A DNA stretch of 64,000 nt, taken from contig JAVBOO010000009.1 in the NCBI GenBank assembly GCA_031550435.1, positions 39,202 through 103,201 on the forward strand. The letters are read 5' to 3'. Below, in pieces: positions 56,233-64,000 of this stretch. Made by a program: the position numbers and the translations under genes. Under the pieces are notes generated by a model that saw only the letters and a list, made by a program, of their open reading frames with translations, did no database searches and was not told the origin of the DNA. Numbering within the stretch: the first letter of the stretch is position 1; each line of letters starts with the position of its first letter. Source of the DNA: Eubacteriales bacterium. GTDB taxonomy: Bacteria; Bacillota; Clostridia; Lachnospirales; WRAX01.

Positions 56233-57480
56233 ATGAATATACTTGTTATCGGCGGCGGAGGCCGTGAACACGCTGTCGGCCTTAGTCTAAGGGCGGATGA
56301 CCGCGTCAAAAAGCTGTATTTCGCTCCGGGTAACGGCGGAACATCGGAAATAGGCGAAAATATCCTAATCGGCGTTAGCGAGACGGACAAGCTTCTCGAT
56401 TTTGCCCTGCAAAACAATATAGATATAACTATAGTCGGGCCTGAATTGCCGCTTTCTTTGGGTATTTCCGACATTTTCCGCGAAAAAGGTCTTGTGGTAT
56501 TCGGACCATCGGCGCATGCGGCCAAACTCGAGACATCAAAGACTTTTTCGAAAGATTTTATGAAAAAATACGGCCTGCCGACAGCGGACTATTCAGTATA
56601 CAGTGATGCGGCTGAAGCAATCAGGGCTTGTGAGGCTTCCGAGTATCCTGTCGTTATAAAGGCCGACGGACTCGCGGCGGGGAAGGGCGTTGTAATCTGC
56701 GAAAGCTTTGAACACGCGAAGAAAGAACTAGAGGCGATAATGATCGGCAAATGCTTTGGAGCTTCGGGTGATACGATTGTAATAGAGCGCTTTTTAAGCG
56801 GAAAAGAAGCCACGGTGCTTTGCTTTACCGATGGAGTCAGTATTGTTCCAACGGTGAGCTCTATGGACCACAAACGCGTGTTTGACGGGGATATGGGGCC
56901 GAATACCGGCGGTATGGGCGCGGTTTCTCCCGCGAGGTATTACACGGAAAAACACGCGGCCGCATTTGAGGCTGTGATGCAAAAAACGCTTGCAGCCATA
57001 CAAAGCGAAGGAATGGATTACAGGGGAGTGCTGTATTTCGGACTCATGCTCAGCGGAGACGAAATCAATATAATCGAGTTTAACGCAAGGTTCGGCGATC
57101 CCGAAACGGAAGCTGTGCTCGCTCGGCTTGAAACCCCGCTTGTTGACATAGTACGAGCCGTATGCGATAAAAAGCTAGGCAGTATAAAAATCGACTGGAA
57201 GAAACAAGCTTCGGCTTGTGTCGTAATCGCATCCGACGGTTACCCGGGGTCTTATAAGACGGGCCTCGACATAGACCTGCCGAAAACGCCCGAAAACGTT
57301 CGGATATTTCATGCGGGAACGGACATAAAGAACGGAAAGCTTGTGACTAGCGGCGGCAGAGTACTTGCGGTAACGGCGCTCGGCGATGATCCGGAAGCCG
57401 CGAGAAAAAGTGCTTACGACGTTTGCGAAAAAATAAAGTTCCAAGGCGCTCGGTACCGCAAAGATATCGGGCAATGTTAA
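56233..57480 (+). CDS. purD: phosphoribosylamine-glycine ligase
   Basis: MNILVIGGGGREHA, the ATP-grasp core (VIKADGLAAGKGV) and EFNARFGDPE. Confidence 0.93.
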   Translation: MNILVIGGGGREHAVGLSLRADDRVKKLYFAPGNGGTSEIGENILIGVSETDKLLDFALQNNIDITIVGPELPLSLGISDIFREKGLVVFGPSAHAAKLETSKTFSKDFMKKYGLPTADYSVYSDAAEAIRACEASEYPVVIKADGLAAGKGVVICESFEHAKKELEAIMIGKCFGASGDTIVIERFLSGKEATVLCFTDGVSIVPTVSSMDHKRVFDGDMGPNTGGMGAVSPARYYTEKHAAAFEAVMQKTLAAIQSEGMDYRGVLYFGLMLSGDEINIIEFNARFGDPETEAVLARLETPLVDIVRAVCDKKLGSIKIDWKKQASACVVIASDGYPGSYKTGLDIDLPKTPENVRIFHAGTDIKNGKLVTSGGRVLAVTALGDDPEAARKSAYDVCEKIKFQGARYRKDIGQC

Positions 57481-57597
57481 AAGGCGCCGGCTTTGGCTGC
57501 GGATAAGTATTCTGAGTAAGCGCTGATTGTTTGCGCGGAGCAAAACTCTTGCGGCTTGGCAGCCTTACCCGTGATTGTATTTTAGGAGGGTATTATT

Positions 57598-58284
57598 ATG
57601 ATTAACGGTAAACTGATATATAAGGGAAAGACAAAGGACGTTTACGAGCTTGACAACGGTAATTGTTTATTGTTCTTCAAAGACGACATGACGGGCGAGA
57701 ACGGCAAGTTCGATCCCGGCGCGAACACAATAGGGCTCTCGATCGGCGGTATCGGAAGAGAATGGCTGCGTATGACGAAATATTTCTTTGAGAAAATCGA
57801 AGCAGCCGGTTTCCCGACGCATTTCGTAAGCGCTGATTTAGAAAACGGCACTATGGAGGTTCTCAAAGCGAAGACGTTTGGAAAGGGCTTAGAGGCAATA
57901 TGCCGTTTTAAGTCAACAGGCAGTTTTATGCGCCGCTACGGTGATTACGCAAAAGAGGGACAGGATCTCGATGCGATTGTAGAGTTCACGCTCAAAGACG
58001 ACGGGAGAGGGGACCCTGTAATTTCCGCCGATACACTTAACGCGTTAAACATTATGACTTTAGAGACACACGACCAACTTAAAAAGCTCACGGCAGATAT
58101 TTGCAGGTTTATCAGGGATGAGCTTGCCAAGCTCGGTATCACGCTTTATGACATCAAGCTCGAGTATGGAATGTATAACGGTAACGTAATACTTATAGAC
58201 GAGATTGCCGGCGGAAATATGAGGGTTTACAAAGACGAGCAAAAGCTCGAACCGCTTGAAATTGCAAAGATAATCGCCAAGTAA
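57598..58284 (+). CDS. purC: SAICAR synthetase
   Basis: LIYKGKTKDVYEL and a SAICAR synthetase fold. RBS TAGGAGGG. It is separated from purD by a 117-nt spacer. Confidence 0.9.
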   Translation: MINGKLIYKGKTKDVYELDNGNCLLFFKDDMTGENGKFDPGANTIGLSIGGIGREWLRMTKYFFEKIEAAGFPTHFVSADLENGTMEVLKAKTFGKGLEAICRFKSTGSFMRRYGDYAKEGQDLDAIVEFTLKDDGRGDPVISADTLNALNIMTLETHDQLKKLTADICRFIRDELAKLGITLYDIKLEYGMYNGNVILIDEIAGGNMRVYKDEQKLEPLEIAKIIAK

Positions 58285-58307
58285 GCGTTGAATCGATGAG
58301 ATTTCAA

Positions 58308-58348
58308 CTATAGTTGTTTAAGACCGTTTTTGGCTTAAACGACTGTAG
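58308..58348 (+). repeat. hairpin repeat family E, copy 3
   Basis: CTATAGTTGTTTAAGACC-GTTTTT-GGCTTAAACGACTGTAG, a 17-bp stem with one bulge and two G-U pairs. No T-run follows. It lies 24 nt after the purC stop. Confidence 0.5.
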
Positions 58349-58370
58349 ACCGCACATATCCTATGATTGT

Positions 58371-58404
58371 AAAAAGCCGGCCCCCGCGTTTGCGGGAGCC
58401 GGCT
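58371..58404 (-). terminator. intrinsic terminator of the SNase-like/HhH gene (may also stop purC)
   Basis: AGCCGGCCCCCGC-GTTT-GCGGGAGCCGGCT. The minus-strand reading is followed by TTTTT. It starts 5 nt after the minus-strand stop codon. Confidence 0.8.
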
Positions 58405-58408
58405 GTCT

Positions 58409-60055
58409 TTATCTGAAAACTATAACATCTTTTATTTCTCCGTAAACGGCTTCTTTGCCGAATCCCACGCATAACTCAGCGATTTCATCCAAATAAGCGT
58501 AAGGCCTGATGTTTCTTTGCATCATTATTGCGGTCGCCATAGCCGAGGTTATCGACGGGCTGAGACTCAAAAGCTCATCATAACTTGCGCTGTTAATGTC
58601 TGTAAACAGGGTTATCCTGTCTCTGTAGGGAACAAGTGAGGCCGGAAGTTCCGCAGGGGTACGATATATTCTGCTTCCGGTTATAATTGACTGAGCAAGC
58701 GAAACCGGTATCCCTGCCGCCTCAAGCTGTGTTCTTGTCGCGGTCTTGATATTAACGCGCTTTTGAACATCCTTTTCGAGTGAAGTCGATGACGGCTCGG
58801 CATATGATATAAACTCGTCAATCTTGCTAACTGCCGTGGTCGATATATAGCCCGCAAGGGCGTATTTGTTCGTAATCGGGCGGTTATTCATTATCAAATC
58901 AACGGGAGCTTTTCCGTCCCTGTCGCCTCCGAACAGGCTAAGCAGTTCGTCGCGGTCGGCGGTATTGATATTGGTTATTACGCTGAAATTGTCTTCGAAT
59001 GTGTTGAAATACTTCTGCGGAAGCTGCAATTCGTACATAATCTCGGTTTTAGTCTTATAGCTGTGCAGACCCCGCGCTTCGACAATGCTTTTCGCCATAT
59101 CCTGAGATATGCCTGTTTTCAGCAGTTGGTCGTAGCCGGCCGTATTTATGTTTATACGATACGCGTTTTTTGTAAGAGCTATAGTCTCGGTAGGTTTGAC
59201 TGACATGAAACTTAAATTACTCGTATACGCAAGGCCGCTTATCGTTCTGCTTGTGTTCAAACTCGACAGTGAAGCTATTGTTCCTTTGCTTGAACGATAA
59301 GTCATAACGCTGTCGGCATCGTCGCTTGTAAAGTTGGCAAGTGAAAGCAGCTCAGCTTCCGAAGCCGTGTTAACATCGGTGCAGACAGTCATGGACGAGC
59401 TGTTTTTCTCAAAGTCTTCGCGGCCAAAGAGCGGCACAAAGCGAATTTCATTAATATCATTAAACGGATTGGTGCTTCTGTATGTTACTATATTAGAAGC
59501 AACTGATTTCGCTATGCCGAAACGCTCGGCAAGCATGTCCGCTCCGGCGGTGTTGATGTTTGTCATAACGGCGGATGAAGTACCGGGAACCAAAGCTTCG
59601 CCCCAAATACCCAGCCCTTGCCGCTTGGCATCTTTTTCAAGAGTAAGGAAATAATTAAAATAACTCAGCTTGCTTTGGCTTATATCAGTCTTGGCATAAC
59701 CGAGTATCAACATAAGGCTGTTTATCATGCTTCCTTGATAATCAACATAGGCATAATTCCAACGCCCGTCGTTTAACGCGTTTGAGTCGGTTCGAACCGT
59801 GACATGCTTTCCGGTAATTACGGCGCAAAGGTATTCGTAAGCGGGAGTATAACCGTTAGAGTTTATACCGGCAAAACGAACAAGGGCGTATTGCCCCGAA
59901 GAATCTGAGCGCACGACAATTGAATCACCGTCGATAACTTCGACGACAACCGCTTCTGTTATACCCGGCAGCAGTACATAGCGCGACGCGGAAACCGGAC
60001 AAACGGGGGTGAGAGTAAAAAGCAGCGCCAAAAACACGGTAAAGAGTTTTTTCAT
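58409..60055 (-). CDS. secreted protein with an N-terminal SNase-like (thermonuclease fold, apparently degenerate active site) domain and six ComEA-type helix-hairpin-helix repeats
   Basis: RBS AAGGGGGGG precedes ATG 60055, followed by signal peptide MKKLFTVFLALLFTLTPVCPVSA. SNase-like blocks are VIDGDSIVV...VRFAGINSNG...DGRWNYAYV...GLGIWGE. The six repeats begin NINTAGADML, VNTASEAELL, NINTAGYDQL, NINTADRDEL, NIKTATRTQL and DINSASYDEL. Confidence 0.8.
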   Translation of the reverse strand: MKKLFTVFLALLFTLTPVCPVSASRYVLLPGITEAVVVEVIDGDSIVVRSDSSGQYALVRFAGINSNGYTPAYEYLCAVITGKHVTVRTDSNALNDGRWNYAYVDYQGSMINSLMLILGYAKTDISQSKLSYFNYFLTLEKDAKRQGLGIWGEALVPGTSSAVMTNINTAGADMLAERFGIAKSVASNIVTYRSTNPFNDINEIRFVPLFGREDFEKNSSSMTVCTDVNTASEAELLSLANFTSDDADSVMTYRSSKGTIASLSSLNTSRTISGLAYTSNLSFMSVKPTETIALTKNAYRININTAGYDQLLKTGISQDMAKSIVEARGLHSYKTKTEIMYELQLPQKYFNTFEDNFSVITNINTADRDELLSLFGGDRDGKAPVDLIMNNRPITNKYALAGYISTTAVSKIDEFISYAEPSSTSLEKDVQKRVNIKTATRTQLEAAGIPVSLAQSIITGSRIYRTPAELPASLVPYRDRITLFTDINSASYDELLSLSPSITSAMATAIMMQRNIRPYAYLDEIAELCVGFGKEAVYGEIKDVIVFR

Positions 60056-60074
60056 ATAGCCCCCCCTTGGTTTT

Positions 60075-60371
60075 TTACTTGCAGCCACTCATATCAATTA
60101 TCGGCTTCTTTTTCGACTTACGGTAGAACACAATTTTACTGCCTATAACAAGAATGATTTCGGAATGGGTTCTTTCCTTTATCCTTTCGGCCATTTCTCT
60201 TATATCTTCGTCGCAGTTGTTAAGAACCGAAACTTTTATAAGCTCTCTGGCTTCAAGCGCTTCGTCAACAGCCGCTGTTATATCCGGTGTTAAACCCTGC
60301 TTGCCGATTTGTACGATGCTCGTCAGCTTTGAAGCGAGCCCTTTCAGGTAAGATCTTTCTTTGCTCGTCAT
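60075..60371 (-). CDS. yhbY: YhbY-like CRM-domain RNA-binding protein (ribosome assembly)
   Basis: 98 aa. MTSKERSYLKGLASKLTSIVQIGKQGLTPDITAAVDEALEARELIKVSVL matches the YhbY/CRS1 family. It occupies the conserved position after obg. Confidence 0.88.
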   Translation of the reverse strand: MTSKERSYLKGLASKLTSIVQIGKQGLTPDITAAVDEALEARELIKVSVLNNCDEDIREMAERIKERTHSEIILVIGSKIVFYRKSKKKPIIDMSGCK

Positions 60372-60380
60372 TTTGTACTC

Positions 60381-61685
<1,305 letters not shown>

Positions 61686-61701
61686 TTAACAAAGCGTGGG
61701 C

Positions 61702-62769
61702 TTATTTGCCGTCCGCGAAGAATGTATTAATCAGTTTGGCGTGCACTACCAATCTTTCGTCGTCCCTGACGTTTGTGCACGTGGAAAGCGTCAGGATATA
61801 ATCGTCGGGTGATACGGGAAGCTGAGATGTCACATAAGACTTTTTGTTGATGACTTTTAAAAGGGTTTCATATTCCGAGATTGAGTTAAACTTAACCTGA
61901 GTATAACTAAAACCGACATTAGTCTGATACGCTGAAAAAACTTCCCAAACCGCGGTCCTGTCCTCGTATTTTATTACGATGTACCGGTGATTGTCATAGT
62001 ATTCGCGTTCGATATAAAAACGCAAATCGTGGAACATCGAGTTGTCTTTCATGTTGTGCCCGTATATTACCGTGTTGGCCGAACCGTGGCCTTCGCCGGG
62101 TGCTCCGAGATTTACTTCGCTGTCTGCGAATATTGCTCCCGTAGAGCTTTTATTTTTTTTGACTGAGCGGGTCAGATAGTACTCGTTGTCAGAAGCTTGA
62201 ACAATAGGGTAGGCTATGTGCGTACCCTGAATATAAATATAGGCTCTGATATCGTCGTTTTTGAACTGTTGTCTGAGTGCCTCAAGCATCTCGGCGTTAC
62301 GGGACGCGTCGAAGTAAGGCTTAATACGTTCGATTTGCTGTTCCGGGCTGAGATTTTCGTCCGGTGAAGGCTGATTCGGATCAAGCGTATTGTTGGGAGT
62401 CGGGATGCCCAATGTGCTTGAGCCGCTTGTCTCTCCTGTGGTTTCGGGAGCGGCGCTCTCGGTCGGGCTTGAATAAACAAACTCGTTAACGATAGTCAGC
62501 GCTTCTTGGTTGCTCTTGTCATTCTGAGATATATCGCGGTAGTAAAGCGCCAAAAGAACAATCTGGTTAACGATAACACATACAAGCGCAATCGTAAGCA
62601 AGTTAAGCAATATGACTTTCGCTTTCACGCCCTGTTTTTTCCGCGAGACCTTTATTTTTTTGGCGGAGCCGCTTGCCGCGGTTGCGTCTTTGCGAACGTT
62701 TTCCGGGCGGACTTGCCTCAAATCTCCGTTTTTTGCTGTGTCACCCGGTTTATTATTTTTATTTTCCAT
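61702..62769 (-). CDS. srtB: class B sortase with an extended N-terminal region
   Basis: Catalytic blocks TVIYGHNMKDNSMFHDL and LTLSTCT (TLxTC). The N-terminus has a basic cytoplasmic tail, one TM helix (ILLNLLTIALVCVIVNQIVLLALYY) and a ~60-aa S/T/P/N-rich linker. This gives 355 aa against ~250 typical. Confidence 0.85.
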   Translation of the reverse strand: MENKNNKPGDTAKNGDLRQVRPENVRKDATAASGSAKKIKVSRKKQGVKAKVILLNLLTIALVCVIVNQIVLLALYYRDISQNDKSNQEALTIVNEFVYSSPTESAAPETTGETSGSSTLGIPTPNNTLDPNQPSPDENLSPEQQIERIKPYFDASRNAEMLEALRQQFKNDDIRAYIYIQGTHIAYPIVQASDNEYYLTRSVKKNKSSTGAIFADSEVNLGAPGEGHGSANTVIYGHNMKDNSMFHDLRFYIEREYYDNHRYIVIKYEDRTAVWEVFSAYQTNVGFSYTQVKFNSISEYETLLKVINKKSYVTSQLPVSPDDYILTLSTCTNVRDDERLVVHAKLINTFFADGK

Positions 62770-63020
62770 GCTTTCCTCCGTTTTGAATAACCTTTATATT
62801 ATACCACACTAAACGGGGAAATGGAATAGAAGTAACCGATAAACACCGGAAATAATGCAGAAATTTGCCAAAAACCTTCCGGGGGCGAAGTTGGGCGGGA
62901 AAGGGCTCTTATTTTAATACCGCAAAGCGCGAAAGATGCAAGGTTTGGTCTTGCCGGTTAAACAAATCAGCGTCTACCGAAGTAAACGCTAAATAAATGT
63001 AGCTATGAATATCCGTATGC

Positions 63021-63122
63021 TATTACCACGGAAGTTAAAAACCGCATAAAATACTTACGCGGTACTTGAGCCGAGCAGACGCGCTAAGGTGCGCCGCAGC
63101 GCGAATTATCACCGCTCAAGAC
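63021..63122 (-). repeat. repeat family C, copy 3 (5'-truncated, inverted)
   Basis: The reverse complement aligns with the right ~95 nt of C1/C2 (GCGCTGCGGC...GTCTGCTCGG...ACCGCGTAAGTATTTTATGCGGT.TTTAACTTCCGTGGTAATA). It abuts the stop codon of the U32-like gene. Confidence 0.65.
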
Positions 63123-64000
63123 TTACAGGGTGCCCTTAAAATAGTGCCCGTAGGTTATCCCGCTTTCCGCGATGTTGTCAATTTCCGAATTTTGTGGCGG
63201 ATAGCCTTTTGCAATGCAATCTACGGCATACTCGGTTAAAAGCTTTACATATTCGCCGCTTTCATCCGTGAACATCAGCCTGTAGCTGCCGGCGTTAAGA
63301 CAGTCAAGCTTACCCAGTTTTTTTATCATAAACAGCGGGCGGTCACCGAGAAGCTGAGCATAGCATTCCTCGCATTCAGTTACTATCGGCAAGAGCATGT
63401 TCATTCTGTCTCTCAGCTTAAACTGTTTGTCTGAGTTTTTATAGCGGCAGTAGCGGCCTTCGCCTTTCTCTCCTACATAAACGCCTATCGGGCAGTTGGC
63501 CGTTGTCATAACCGGTATGCGTCCGTAAATCAAAAGCTCGTTCTCGGGAACGCAGAACGACAGGTCGTCTATGGCGAGCTCGGTCGAAGGAATTACCGTG
63601 TCTGCATATTTTAGGAAAAATTCGTTCGAAAGCCTGTTAAAATCGTTTAAAGTAAAATCTAAAACCGTCTTTTTGACCGTATTCTTCAAAAGTTCGAGTT
63701 GCCCGATGGTTCTGACAAGATAACCGTCTATGCCGGAGTTTTCGTAAAAAGCAATCTTTTCTGTATAGTCGAGCCTGTTTATTGTCAAGAGGCAGACATA
63801 AATATCTACATTTCGGCTATGACATTTTGCGGCGAGCCTGTCGATGTTTTCTTCAAGGCCTTCAAATGACTCGCAGTATATGCGATTAAGCCCGGTGACT
63901 TCAAGCGCAGCGTTAAACTGTTCTTTTGTACGCACAGAAACGGCGACCTCTTTGCTTGTTCTGCCGGAAAAAGGCTTAAACACGGGCAAGGGAGGCTCGA
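63123..64000 (-). CDS. U32-family peptidase-like protein, C-terminal part (partial; open to the window edge)
   Basis: The reading frame is open to position 64000. The Cys-rich segment LLIYGRIPVMTTANCPIG...GRYCRYKN...FKLRDRMNMLLPIVTECEECYAQLL resembles the U32 peptidase core. The family assignment is moderate. Confidence 0.55.
   Translation of the reverse strand, partial: EPPLPVFKPFSGRTSKEVAVSVRTKEQFNAALEVTGLNRIYCESFEGLEENIDRLAAKCHSRNVDIYVCLLTINRLDYTEKIAFYENSGIDGYLVRTIGQLELLKNTVKKTVLDFTLNDFNRLSNEFFLKYADTVIPSTELAIDDLSFCVPENELLIYGRIPVMTTANCPIGVYVGEKGEGRYCRYKNSDKQFKLRDRMNMLLPIVTECEECYAQLLGDRPLFMIKKLGKLDCLNAGSYRLMFTDESGEYVKLLTEYAVDCIAKGYPPQNSEIDNIAESGITYGHYFKGTL

Overview
This is a 64-kb chromosomal window from a Bacillota genome, most likely class Clostridia. 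Supporting signs are a type-A RNase P RNA, a B12-dependent glutamate mutase operon and wall proteins with Cu-amine-oxidase-N1-like domains. Gene content is mostly core. In order: dusB; two secreted wall proteins, one an S-layer candidate; rpoB-rpoC; rnpB; veg; an N/Q-rich protein; an L,D-transpeptidase; and a 1366-aa secreted serine hydrolase. Next comes a ~10-kb minus-strand operon for glutamine/glutamate catabolism via 3-methylaspartate: gntR-glmS-glmL-glmE-mal-[split AtuA-like pair]-class I hydro-lyase alpha/beta-glsA. Then tmcAL; yitT; tagA plus a GT4::csaB fusion; a DMT transporter; mgtE; a cohesin-like/Big_2 protein plus a 1332-aa S8 protease; and a LysR regulator. The window ends with a pur operon (purL::purE-F-M-N-H-D-C); an SNase-like/6xHhH secreted protein; yhbY; obg; srtB; and a partial U32 peptidase. 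I found no rRNA, tRNA, CRISPR, prophage, transposase or recognisable defence system, and no clear-cut new multi-gene system. The observations most worth a second look are these. (1) Several families of small intergenic repeats. Two behave as MITEs (family B with 5-bp TSDs, family A with TA TSDs) and are nested inside an older ~150-bp repeat (family C); a paralogous copy of C serves as the empty site for each insertion. (2) An uncharacterised split AtuA-like (DUF1446/DUF4387-like) gene pair sits in the methylaspartate operon where citramalate lyase would be expected. (3) A PurL::PurE fusion, and a purN with no canonical start codon. (4) A secreted protein with a degenerate SNase fold and six ComEA-type HhH repeats. 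(5) tagA and csaB are present but no SLH protein is visible. (6) An orphan promoter and structured leader precede mgtE with no M-box. All family assignments come from motif recognition by eye; no database search was run.
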